Source of the DNA: Spirochaetales bacterium
GTDB taxonomy: Bacteria; Spirochaetota; Spirochaetia; SZUA-6; RPPD01
Direction: 5' to 3'
Assembly: GCA_016934415.1 (NCBI GenBank)
Contig: JAFGSW010000086.1
Span: forward strand, 2,042-66,041
DNA length: 64,000 nt
This document shows positions 31,161 through 39,854 of this stretch, one piece after another (position 1 is the stretch's first letter; each line of letters starts with the position of its first letter). Both the position numbers and the translations under genes were made by a program. A model generated the notes under the pieces. That model was not told where the DNA came from. It saw only the letters and a list, made by a program, of their open reading frames with translations, and did not search any database.

Positions 31161-31967
31161 ATGAAATTTAAAATCATTTTCATCATTTTTAATATCGTCA
31201 TCATCTCGTCGTTTTTATTCATCTTTCTTTCTCCCCTGTTCGTCATGGGGCCGGCCGGGTTTCTCTACCTGCTTCAGCAGAATTACGTCATCGCCGTCGT
31301 TTTTTTCGTCTTTTTAGCGGGATTCAATCTCTTTTTTTTCAAGAACTGGCGGTACTACTCCTACCTGGAGAACGAGGACTGGAATTCCCTGATCACCTAC
31401 CTCGAAGACAGCATTTATCGACGGCGCTCGACGCGCGTCGGATTCATCCGCACGCTCCTCAATGCCTACGTCGTCACCTCGAATATGGCGGGGATCTCGC
31501 GTCTTGAGAAGCATTTTTCCGAGCGTAAGCCGTCCGTTGTGGAGCGATTTTCACTGCAATTCGGCATTCCGTATCTTCTCGGCAATCAACCGCAGGCCGG
31601 GGAGGCGTTTTTCGCGAGTCTGCTCAATCAGCCGGGCACGCACCACCGCGAGTGGATGCGCTGGAATCTCGCCTTCAGCCTGCTCCAGCAGAACAAGATC
31701 GAGCCGGCCAAGCGCGAGCTCGTCGCCCTCCTCGATCACTCGGGCGATTTCGTGCTCACTCTCCTCGTGCTCTACCTTCTCGAGCCCTATTCCCAAAAAG
31801 ACCGGGAAACGGGTGAAAAGGTGTCTCGGGCCCTCGTCGCCTACAGGGGAAAAATCACCAAGCCCCGCTGGGAAGCCCTGTTCGAAGACGCCAAGAAGAA
31901 TATCGAGGTGCTCATGCTCACCCAGATCATCGGCGACGCGAGCAAGTGGTTCTTCCAGGAGGCATAG
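31161..31967 (+). CDS. Hypothetical polytopic membrane protein
   Basis: Start MKFKIIFIIFNIVIISSF. Three N-terminal TM helices then a soluble helical region. Divergent from the HD-GYP gene. Confidence 0.55.
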   Translation: MKFKIIFIIFNIVIISSFLFIFLSPLFVMGPAGFLYLLQQNYVIAVVFFVFLAGFNLFFFKNWRYYSYLENEDWNSLITYLEDSIYRRRSTRVGFIRTLLNAYVVTSNMAGISRLEKHFSERKPSVVERFSLQFGIPYLLGNQPQAGEAFFASLLNQPGTHHREWMRWNLAFSLLQQNKIEPAKRELVALLDHSGDFVLTLLVLYLLEPYSQKDRETGEKVSRALVAYRGKITKPRWEALFEDAKKNIEVLMLTQIIGDASKWFFQEA

Positions 31968-32007
31968 TCGCCGCTGCTTCACTCTGTAAACGCTCCTCCC
32001 TGAAGAG

Positions 32008-32150
32008 TTTATAAGGAAACCAGGAAACCAGGAGAAAACGAAGAAAATTGACGCATTCGATACAATAATTTCAGATTCAATAGTAATTTTGATGGCATAT
32101 TTTTTTACTATTTCTCTTTCGATTGCTTTTTCCTGGATTCCTTATTGACC
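32008..32150. mobile_element. MITE-like element copy E3 (~143 bp)
   Basis: Left tttATAAGGAAACCAGGAAACCAGG, right (revcomp) ggtcaATAAGGAATCCAGGAAAAAgc. Flanked on both sides by tgaagag (32001-32007 and 32154-32160). Confidence 0.6.
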
Positions 32151-32205
32151 TCTTGAAGAGGAGTCGCTGAAATGAGATTATAGTCAAAAGTCAGGTTATT
32201 ATATG

Positions 32206-32234
32206 TTGTCAATCGCCCGGGACGTGGTTACAAT
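32206..32234 (+). promoter_or_regulatory. Sigma70-like promoter (TTGTCA-17-TACAAT) predicted to yield a leaderless mRNA
   Basis: The -10 ends 6 nt before the ATG at 32241, so the TSS is predicted at or next to the start codon. No RBS is possible. Confidence 0.5.
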
Positions 32235-32240
32235 AGTGAC

Positions 32241-33221
32241 ATGGTAGAAGGCCTCTCCAAACGCATCGCCGGGGACTGGGTTGATCTCGGGCAGGCCGGC
32301 TTGTCGTTGACAGCGCTCGCCGAGTACTTCGCCTTTGAGCCCCCGGTGGTCGCCGCGATTTCCCAGAAACTCTCATCGTCCGTACTCCAGGGGGTCGTCG
32401 AATACAAGCAGGGCGTGCTCCAGCCGCTCTTCCAGGTGCTGGAGGACATGAAGTACAAATCAATCGCCTTTGATGCGCTGGCGCGGCAGAATGGCGAGAT
32501 CGGGAGGCTCGTGTTCGTCACCCTCATCCAGCGCCTGTTCGCCTCGGGCGGGCTCAAACCCGAGGGCGGTGAAGAGTCCTCGCCCGCCGCCTCGGAGAAA
32601 CCAGAGACCGACCTCAAGGCGATCCTTGCGGACGTGATGACGCGCGTGCGCGAAGAACCCGCGCTCAAGAACAACACGGCCGTCAAGCTCATCCTCACCC
32701 AGCTCGCCATTTATCAGCGCGAGCGGGAGGTCATGGAAAAACTGAAACCGAATATCAAGGACCGGGAGAAGGCCGTCTCCTTCCGGAAAAATTTCACGGC
32801 CACGTTCAAGAAAATATCCCAGAATATCCGGAAATACTACGGCGAATTCATGGAGTCGCAGCGGGCGGGCGCCGATCGGGACCGGCGGCCGTCGCTCGGC
32901 CGGTACCGGCTGCGCGAGTTGACGGGGCTTTTTACCAGGCAGGCCCGCGAATTTGCGCGCATCCGGTCCACCCTCGGCTTCGCCCTCGATCAGAAATACA
33001 AGGTGCGGGAAATTTGCGTCCACCTGTTCAACGAAAAGAAAGAGTTTATTACCCTTCTCGATCAGGAGACGACCGCGTGCCGCGCGCTCATCGACGATGG
33101 GCCGGGCGGCGGGAAGCGGAACGACGGCCACGAAGTCAGCGTGGCCTTCGCCTCCGAAATCGCCGCGCTGGTGGGAAAACTGGCAGCGCGGGAAGTCAAA
33201 AGCGACCGGGAGTCGGATTAG
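32241..33221 (+). CDS. Hypothetical protein (326 aa)
   Basis: Protein-like composition with charged helical segments. No known domain. Confidence 0.55.
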   Translation: MVEGLSKRIAGDWVDLGQAGLSLTALAEYFAFEPPVVAAISQKLSSSVLQGVVEYKQGVLQPLFQVLEDMKYKSIAFDALARQNGEIGRLVFVTLIQRLFASGGLKPEGGEESSPAASEKPETDLKAILADVMTRVREEPALKNNTAVKLILTQLAIYQREREVMEKLKPNIKDREKAVSFRKNFTATFKKISQNIRKYYGEFMESQRAGADRDRRPSLGRYRLRELTGLFTRQAREFARIRSTLGFALDQKYKVREICVHLFNEKKEFITLLDQETTACRALIDDGPGGGKRNDGHEVSVAFASEIAALVGKLAAREVKSDRESD

Positions 33222-33468
33222 AAATTCGCAGCCGACTTCCAAAAAAAGTTCGACTATTACTGACGTGCAAGGCGGCGAGGAAAGATCGCATAGTGTTTTG
33301 ATCATGGACTCGTTGATCGGCAAATGGAAAACCGGATGCGGTTTTCCATTTGCGGCCATAGATGTAAACAAGAAATTGCCGGGAGTCATGAGAAAGGCTT
33401 TCACGTACCTTAAGGCGATGAAATTATTCTATGCTCCACCCTTATGTGTTAACCGGCAATTTCATAGA

Positions 33469-33505
33469 CCAATGTGCGAAAAAGCTCGACTTTTTCGCAC
33501 ATTGG
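33469..33505. repeat. Palindromic hairpin H3 immediately after the TGA stop of the CBM48 gene
   Basis: ccaatgtgcgaaaaag-ctcga-ctttttcgcacattgg, a perfect 16-bp stem. The stop codon (revcomp of 33506-33508) directly abuts it. Confidence 0.65.
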
Positions 33506-34201
33506 TCAGGGGACCGTCACCACCGACAGCTGGTGCCGGTCGACATCGATGACCACTCGTTCATTGAGGGGGTCGATGAAGGAGACGCCGTCAAGAACGA
33601 AGTAATACAGGTGTCGGCCGGGGAGAAGCTTGATTTTGATGCTATATACTCCGGGCTGTGTTTCCGAAAGCCGGTGAGTGAAGGGATTATAGTTATTAAA
33701 ATCGCCGGCGATGGTGATGAGTTCTCCGGGTTGCCCCGCCACCGTGAATTCCACATACCCGTCCCCCAACAGTCGGGGGCTCTCAAGTGTGGGCTGATCG
33801 GTCTTCTGAACGGAGAAGAGCGAGAAAACGACGCCCCGTTCGTCGGTGACGCTTGCGGGATTGGCCGGATCCGCCATCCAGACGCCGTCGACCATGAAGC
33901 GATACCTGACGACCCCACCGGACGCGGGAAGCGGTAGCGACAACACGTACACGCCGTTTTCGTTTTTCCTGAAGGTATGAAAAATCTCGTATTTTTCGTG
34001 GCTGAAACGCGCCCCCACGATGAAAACGCGCGCCGCGGGACGGTAGCTGAAAATGACGAGGTCGTTGAAGACCTCCGGGGGACGGGCGTTTTCAAAAGCC
34101 TGCAGGTGCAGGTTTAAATCCACCGATTCGGCCGAGACCTGGATGAGGCTCAGCGTCAGGAACAGAACGGCCGCCGAGCTCGTCATACGAAACGATGTCA
34201 T
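33506..34201 (-). CDS. Secreted protein with CBM48/AMPK-beta glycogen-binding-like (E-set) domains
   Basis: Signal peptide. YRFMVDGVWMADPANP and YYFVLDGVSFIDPLN motifs typical of CBM48. Confidence 0.65.
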   Translation of the reverse strand: MTSFRMTSSAAVLFLTLSLIQVSAESVDLNLHLQAFENARPPEVFNDLVIFSYRPAARVFIVGARFSHEKYEIFHTFRKNENGVYVLSLPLPASGGVVRYRFMVDGVWMADPANPASVTDERGVVFSLFSVQKTDQPTLESPRLLGDGYVEFTVAGQPGELITIAGDFNNYNPFTHRLSETQPGVYSIKIKLLPGRHLYYFVLDGVSFIDPLNERVVIDVDRHQLSVVTVP

Positions 34202-34518
34202 GGTCTGCTTTCCTCCCCACCCGGCTCAGGCCGGGACGCGTCTGTGCCGTCGCCGAAGCTTCGGCGCAAGCGTCGCAGTTTCGACGCAAGCGTCGCAGTT
34301 GCCGGTACGGACCGCATCGTGTATACTTTATGGAGTGACGATCACTGTGACTGCCACTCTTCAGGCACGCGGAAATGATCCGCTCCTCGTATTATCAATC
34401 GGTATATTGATGATTTATCTTAACCCGCCCTCATTCCATGGCCGTTTTCGGCCGATTTACTATAATAAGCGCCGGACCGCGGGCCGGCGCGGGGAGCGTA
34501 CAGCGAGCGTGAACAGGC

Positions 34519-37500
34519 ATGCCTAAATTATCGGACATCGAAAAACTCAAGGATATCGTCGACGGTCTCGGCCAGGAGAGGGAAATCCGCGCCAAGCGCG
34601 GCGAGCAGGTCGAAGAAATCGCGCCGCCCGAGCAGGCGCTTTCCTCTGAGGACCTCGATTCCCTTCTCGGGACCGGAGAGTCCGAAGATGCTGCCGGTAC
34701 GCCCCGGCCGACCGAGGAGGTGATTGCCGACGCGCTGGAGGCGGTCGGCTCCGAGGACGCCCAGATAGACGACATTTCGCAGGCCCTGGAGGAAACGGGC
34801 GTCAGCGAGCCGTCTTCCGAGGATACCATGGGACTCGATGTACTCCCGGAAGCTTTCGGCGAGGAGCCGGGCCAAGCCCTGGAGGCTGCTTCGGGCGAAG
34901 AAAGACTAGGAACGGCGTTCGAGGAATTCGAGCTCCCCGATTTCGGCGGAGCCGAGGGCTCAGTGCTCGATGAGGCGGCCGCGGGAGCCGCCCTGGAAAC
35001 TGCCGCCGAACCGGTATCGGAAGCGGTCGAGGAGTTTTCCCTCCCGGAAGACCCCGGCGAAGCGCCCAAACCGACGGAGCCGACTACCGTACCGATTGAA
35101 GAGTTCTCCCTCCCGGAAGGCCTCGGCGAAGCGCCCGAACCGACGGAGCCGACTGCTGTGCCGGTCGAGGAGTTCTCCCTCCCGGAAGGCTTCGGCGAAA
35201 CGCCCGAGCCGGCGGAGCCGACAACCGTTTCGATTGAAGAGTTCTCTCTCCCCGGCGGCCTCGGCGAAGCGCCAGAACCGGCGGAGTCCGCGGCTGAGCC
35301 GGCACCGACTTTCGATCTCTCCGATTTCCAGATCTCCGAGTCTTTTGCCGGCGGTGAGAGCGATGCGGACAAACTTTTCGAATCGGTCCCTGAAACGCCG
35401 GCCGAACCCGCACCGGTGGAAGCCCAGGCCGAAGCGATGGAGGGCCTTCAGGAAATCGAAGCCGGAATCCCCGAAATAACCGGCGAGCCTTCGCCTTCGG
35501 CCCCGGAAACGGGAGGGTTCGAGTTCCCCGATCTGGGCGGCCTCGGCGGACCCGAAACCGAGCCGGGAGAGCCACTACCGTCTTTCGAAACCGAGATTCA
35601 GCCGCAGGCCGAGGAGGGCGAATTCGGCGGGGTGGAGGACAAGCTTTTCGACCTCCCCGAGGGGGAGGACTTCACCGCCGCACCCGCACCGTCGGGCGCT
35701 CCGCCGCCCGGCGCCGAACCGGAGGAGGCCGGAGCTTTCGCCGGCTTCGAAATGCCCGATCTGTCGGAGATCGGCGGCGCCTTGGAAGCGGAACCGCCGG
35801 CGCCCGGGGGGCAGGAGGAAGCCGGGGGGCCGCAGGACGAAGGGCTCGACATCATCGATACCGGTCAATTCGCGATGCCCGAGTTCGAGGGGCGGACGGC
35901 CCCTCAGGCGGCGGAAATACGCGAACTCGGGGAGTCGGGCGCTCCCGAAGAGCTGGCCGGCGCCGAAGACGACCTTCAATTCTCCCAGCACGACTTCGAC
36001 AACATCAAGGCCACCCTGGCCATCCTTCCCCTCAACCTGAAGATCGCCGTCGAGGACCTCATCGCGGATCATGGCCTGCAGGGCCCGAGACTGAGACGGC
36101 TCCTCGACGCGCTCATTGCCGGCGAATCCCCAAAGGCCGTCGCCGCCATCGTTTCCAGCATCACCGGCCGGAAAATCGTTCTGCCCAAAAGCTTCGAAAA
36201 GAGGTCCGGCATCGCCTTCGAGCGGGAGCGGGAAAGTTTCGCCTATTTCCTGCGCACCAAGGGCGCCCGGGCGGCTCTTTTCGCCGGCGCGGCGATCGTC
36301 ATCCTGTTCCTGCTCGCCTACGGGGCCTACGTGCTCGTGTTCCGCCCGCTTTCGGCCGTCGCCGTCTACGACAAGGGCTACGAGGCCATCCAGAAGGACC
36401 TGTACGAGGAGGCGCGGCGGAAATTCGACGAGGCCTCCCGCATCTGGGACTCGAAGGACCAGTATTACCGTTACGCCGAGGCCTTCGTCGCGAGCGCGGC
36501 GGGGAACTACCGCTACGCCGACCAGATGTACCGTATGCTCCTGCGGCGCTACCCCGGCGACGTGAAGGGCATGATCGATTACGCGCGCCTGGAGACGCTT
36601 CAGGGAAATTACGCCCACGCGGATTCGCTCCTCGAAGACGGGGTCCTCAAGCGCGAGCCGTACAATTACGACGCCCTGGCCGCCTGCGCGGACAATTACC
36701 TGACCTGGGCCGAGGAGGACGATTCGAAACTGAAGGACGCCCAGTACTATTACGCGACGCTCGCCGAACATTACCGGGAGCGGACCGCCGCCCACCTTAA
36801 ACGGATCGATTTCCTCATCCGCTCGGAGCGCATCGCGCGGAAGCAGGGCCTGTCCGACGTCGACAATACCAACCTCGTGATCGCCTATGCCGGTTTTCTC
36901 AAGAAAAAAGGCTGGGACCTCGTGGACCCGGCCGTGTACACCGAGATGGCCTCATACCTCATCGACAAGAACGAAACCGACCTCGTGCCCGAGCTTCTCG
37001 AAAAGACGCGAGCGGCCGACCCCGGGTACGCGCCGGCCTGGTACGAGACGGCCCGTAACGAGCGGTTGGCGGGGAAGACCGAAAACGAGCGGCGGGCGCT
37101 GGAAAAGGCCATCGATTTGTTTCGGAACTCCGAACAGGGGAACGCACGCGGCTTCCAGCTCGCCGCCGAGCGGCGGAACTCGCTGGACCGATCGGCCATG
37201 CTGGTGCTCGCGTTGAACCGCCTCGGAGAATACTGGATCGATCAGGGCAAGCCGGAACGCGCCGAAGACCTCCTGCTCGACGCGCAGCGGCTCTACGAGC
37301 AGTCCGCCTCCAGGCTGCAGACCACCCGCTTCGCCTCGGGCGGCGCGTTCGGGCGGCTCTATTACAACCTGGGGAACATCGCCCTCGGCGCCGGGAACGA
37401 CGAGCGCGCGCTCGCCATGTTCTCGGCCGCGGAAAAAAACGGGTTCACCAGCCCGGACCAAACGTACAAAAAGGGCTTTGTTCTCTACCGGCGGAAGGAT

Positions 37501-38103
37501 TTCGCGGGCGCCGCTCTCGAATTCCACCGGGCCGACGGCGAACTGCCCGACAACGAGGCGGTCCTCTTCGCCCTCGCCACCACCGAATACCGGCGATTCC
37601 AGTACCATGTCGCGCAGGGCTACTATCTGTACCTCATCGGGCGGTTGGGGAAAATAAAGGACTCGCTCCCGGCGATTAATGTGGAATCCAACCCGGCCGA
37701 TCGCGACCTCATTACCAACTTCTACATCGCCTACAACAATCTCGGCTGCACCTACTTCAAGATCTCCGGCGGGCGGGACGGCCGGGACATGACCGAGGCG
37801 ACGAATTACCTCCGCAAGGCGAGCGAGCTCTACGACGTCATGTCGCGCGATCCGGACACCCTGGCCCGCCTCGAGGAGACGACCATCGCCGCGCGCGTCG
37901 GAAAGAAGGAAGTCGTCAAGGGCAAGGGCGCTGCGGCCCGCTATCTCAAAGCGCCGGCCCCCTTCTACAACCTCGACGTGATCTTCCACGGCAAGGCCGA
38001 TACGATCGTGCTGGGTGAAAAAATCGACGTGCTCATCTACGACATCCTGCCGCGAAATCTGGAAAAGCCCGAGCTTCTCTCCACCCGCCTCACCTCCCAG
38101 TAA
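34519..38103 (+). CDS. Large membrane-anchored TPR-repeat protein with an acidic N-terminal repeat region
   Basis: Acidic Glu/Pro-rich N-terminus with 23-aa tandem repeats, one TM helix (ALFAGAAIVILFLLAYGAYVLVF), and a ~600-aa TPR-like C-terminal region. Confidence 0.8.
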   Translation: MPKLSDIEKLKDIVDGLGQEREIRAKRGEQVEEIAPPEQALSSEDLDSLLGTGESEDAAGTPRPTEEVIADALEAVGSEDAQIDDISQALEETGVSEPSSEDTMGLDVLPEAFGEEPGQALEAASGEERLGTAFEEFELPDFGGAEGSVLDEAAAGAALETAAEPVSEAVEEFSLPEDPGEAPKPTEPTTVPIEEFSLPEGLGEAPEPTEPTAVPVEEFSLPEGFGETPEPAEPTTVSIEEFSLPGGLGEAPEPAESAAEPAPTFDLSDFQISESFAGGESDADKLFESVPETPAEPAPVEAQAEAMEGLQEIEAGIPEITGEPSPSAPETGGFEFPDLGGLGGPETEPGEPLPSFETEIQPQAEEGEFGGVEDKLFDLPEGEDFTAAPAPSGAPPPGAEPEEAGAFAGFEMPDLSEIGGALEAEPPAPGGQEEAGGPQDEGLDIIDTGQFAMPEFEGRTAPQAAEIRELGESGAPEELAGAEDDLQFSQHDFDNIKATLAILPLNLKIAVEDLIADHGLQGPRLRRLLDALIAGESPKAVAAIVSSITGRKIVLPKSFEKRSGIAFERERESFAYFLRTKGARAALFAGAAIVILFLLAYGAYVLVFRPLSAVAVYDKGYEAIQKDLYEEARRKFDEASRIWDSKDQYYRYAEAFVASAAGNYRYADQMYRMLLRRYPGDVKGMIDYARLETLQGNYAHADSLLEDGVLKREPYNYDALAACADNYLTWAEEDDSKLKDAQYYYATLAEHYRERTAAHLKRIDFLIRSERIARKQGLSDVDNTNLVIAYAGFLKKKGWDLVDPAVYTEMASYLIDKNETDLVPELLEKTRAADPGYAPAWYETARNERLAGKTENERRALEKAIDLFRNSEQGNARGFQLAAERRNSLDRSAMLVLALNRLGEYWIDQGKPERAEDLLLDAQRLYEQSASRLQTTRFASGGAFGRLYYNLGNIALGAGNDERALAMFSAAEKNGFTSPDQTYKKGFVLYRRKDFAGAALEFHRADGELPDNEAVLFALATTEYRRFQYHVAQGYYLYLIGRLGKIKDSLPAINVESNPADRDLITNFYIAYNNLGCTYFKISGGRDGRDMTEATNYLRKASELYDVMSRDPDTLARLEETTIAARVGKKEVVKGKGAAARYLKAPAPFYNLDVIFHGKADTIVLGEKIDVLIYDILPRNLEKPELLSTRLTSQ
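35029..35304 (+). repeat. Four tandem 69-bp coding repeats (EEFSLPEGLGEAPEPTEPTxVPx)
   Basis: Units begin at 35029, 35098, 35167 and 35236, each near-identical. Confidence 0.8.
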
Positions 38104-38389
38104 CCGGCGCCGGTCTGAACGCTCAATCCTCCATCATGATCGCCTTGACGGCGAGGAATCCGCGCGCCAGTCTTCGCTCCCCCTCGAAATTGATGAGCGG
38201 TTCGGCCCGATCGCGGGAAATACTGCGGGTGAGGAACTTCCAGGCGGTATCGTCCGACAACGTCACGGTCGCTTTTTATAAATTCTTATCCGTGTTATCC
38301 GTTCTTCTCAGTGTCCTGAGCCTGCCCTGAGCGACCCCTCACTCAATTTTTTGAGTGAGGGGGAGTCGAAGGGTGGTTCCCTTTTCTCT

Positions 38390-39487
38390 TCACTTATCCA
38401 CGTCGAACATCCACTCGTACTTGTCGGGTTCCGCGCCGTACTGGATGCCCTTGAGGGTGTGCAGGAGCTCCCGGGTCGTGTCTCCCATCCTACCGCCGTT
38501 GAACCGGGCGGTTTTCCCCTTATGGGTGATGGATTCGAAGTAGGAGATGCCAGCCGCCGTGCCGGTGACGAAGACTTCCTTGGATTCGTCCATCGCCTCC
38601 TCGATGCTGATGCGGCGCTCCTCGGTGGTGATGCCCATATCAGCGGCGATGACAAGGATCGACTTGCGGGTGATGCCGGGGAGGATGGTGTCCCCGAGCT
38701 CGGGCGTGACGAGGACGCCGGACTTGAGGAGGAAGAAGATGTTGCAGGACGACCCCTCCTCCACGTATTTCCTGTCGCATGCGTCGAGGAAGATCGCCTC
38801 CATGTAGCCCGCCGCCTCGGCCCTTTTCTTCGCCAGGGTGGCGGCGACGTAGTTGGCGTCGCACTTGATGCAGCCCGTGCCCCCGGGCGTGGCGCGGATC
38901 ATGTCGGTGGTCACGGCCGAGGGTTTCTCCGATTCGAAGTACTTTCCGACGCAGGTGGCGGCGATGACCACCCAGGGGTGCTTGGATATGCCCAGGCCGA
39001 TGGCGCCCTCGGAGTAGCTGAAGGGCCTGACGTAGACGGAGTGCCCGTCGGCGAAATTGCCCTTCTCCCACTCGGGATCGTAGGCCGGGGCGAAGCCGAG
39101 TTTTTTATTCAGCGCCACGGTTTTCTTCACCGCGGCCGTGAAGAGGGCCGCCGGGTAGACCGGCATCATGAGCCCGGCCATGGAGCTCTCCATGCGCTTG
39201 GCGTTTTCGTCCGGCCGGAAAAGCTTGAGGCTGCCGTCCTTCTGGGGCAGGGCTTTCAGGCCCTCGAAGCAGCCCATGCCGTACTGGGTGGTGTAGTTGA
39301 CGAGCGGCAATTCGGGGAATGAATTCCGCTTGGCGAGAAGCTCCGTGAGCTCGCCGTTGTTGAGCGCCGCTTCTTCCTTCGGGGTGAGGTGGGGCTTTTC
39401 GACGTATTGTTCCCGCCATTCATTTCCCCCGGTGTGCTTCGCGAGGTAGACGAACGGATTGACTTCCAAGGTGAACCCTTTGGCCAT
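38390..39487 (-). CDS. ilvE: Branched-chain amino acid aminotransferase
   Basis: Real start MAKGFTLEVNP at 39487; the ORF-track start at 39607 is an extension. Typical class IV aminotransferase motifs (FEGLKA, PLP-binding TGTAA). Confidence 0.9.
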   Translation of the reverse strand: MAKGFTLEVNPFVYLAKHTGGNEWREQYVEKPHLTPKEEAALNNGELTELLAKRNSFPELPLVNYTTQYGMGCFEGLKALPQKDGSLKLFRPDENAKRMESSMAGLMMPVYPAALFTAAVKKTVALNKKLGFAPAYDPEWEKGNFADGHSVYVRPFSYSEGAIGLGISKHPWVVIAATCVGKYFESEKPSAVTTDMIRATPGGTGCIKCDANYVAATLAKKRAEAAGYMEAIFLDACDRKYVEEGSSCNIFFLLKSGVLVTPELGDTILPGITRKSILVIAADMGITTEERRISIEEAMDESKEVFVTGTAAGISYFESITHKGKTARFNGGRMGDTTRELLHTLKGIQYGAEPDKYEWMFDVDK

Positions 39488-39647
39488 GCTGTAATTCCTC
39501 CGAAAGTGATAAGGCCCGATGAAACGTGCGGTTATTATGCAAGGCGGCGTTTTCGGCGGTGTCCTTGATAGGGTGATTGTAGTGGACCCGGCAGGCGTCG
39601 TCAACAATATTTTTATTTCGCAAACTGAACGTATAGGGACAGGTTTT

Positions 39648-39686
39648 GCAGGCTGCTGACAGACTTGAGGTCTGTCAGCAGCCTGC
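39648..39686. repeat. Palindromic hairpin H5 (perfect 17-bp stem, loop TTGAG), same family as H1/H4
   Basis: gcaggctgctgacagac-ttgag-gtctgtcagcagcctgc. Shares GCAGGCTG...TTGAG...CAGCCTGC with the copies at 2024 and 51836. Confidence 0.65.
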
Positions 39687-39700
39687 TAGGCAATTGCTCG

Positions 39701-39786
39701 CCGACCACCCGCACACAGGTGGTCGGACTACGCAATTACATAAATGAAGGAAAGTGATGACAAACTCTCAATGAGTTTGTCATCAC
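39701..39786. repeat. Two further strong hairpins in the GH31-ilvE spacer
   Basis: ccgaccacc-cgcacaca-ggtggtcgg at 39701-39726, and gtgatgacaaactc-tcaat-gagtttgtcatcac at 39754-39786 with a perfect 14-bp stem. Confidence 0.55.
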
Positions 39787-39854
39787 CCTATTGATCGTGA
39801 TGCACCCGCATTCTGATAATTTTCCCCGCTTTCTCATTCTCATGCACGTGATCA

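Noticed and set aside
33431-33937. + strand ORF with a KKLDFF peptide, and similar KKLNFF peptides in ORFs at 2020 and 50916
   Set aside because: The recurring peptide is a by-product of translating the GAAAAAG-loop-CTTTTTC palindromes. It is not a conserved protein.
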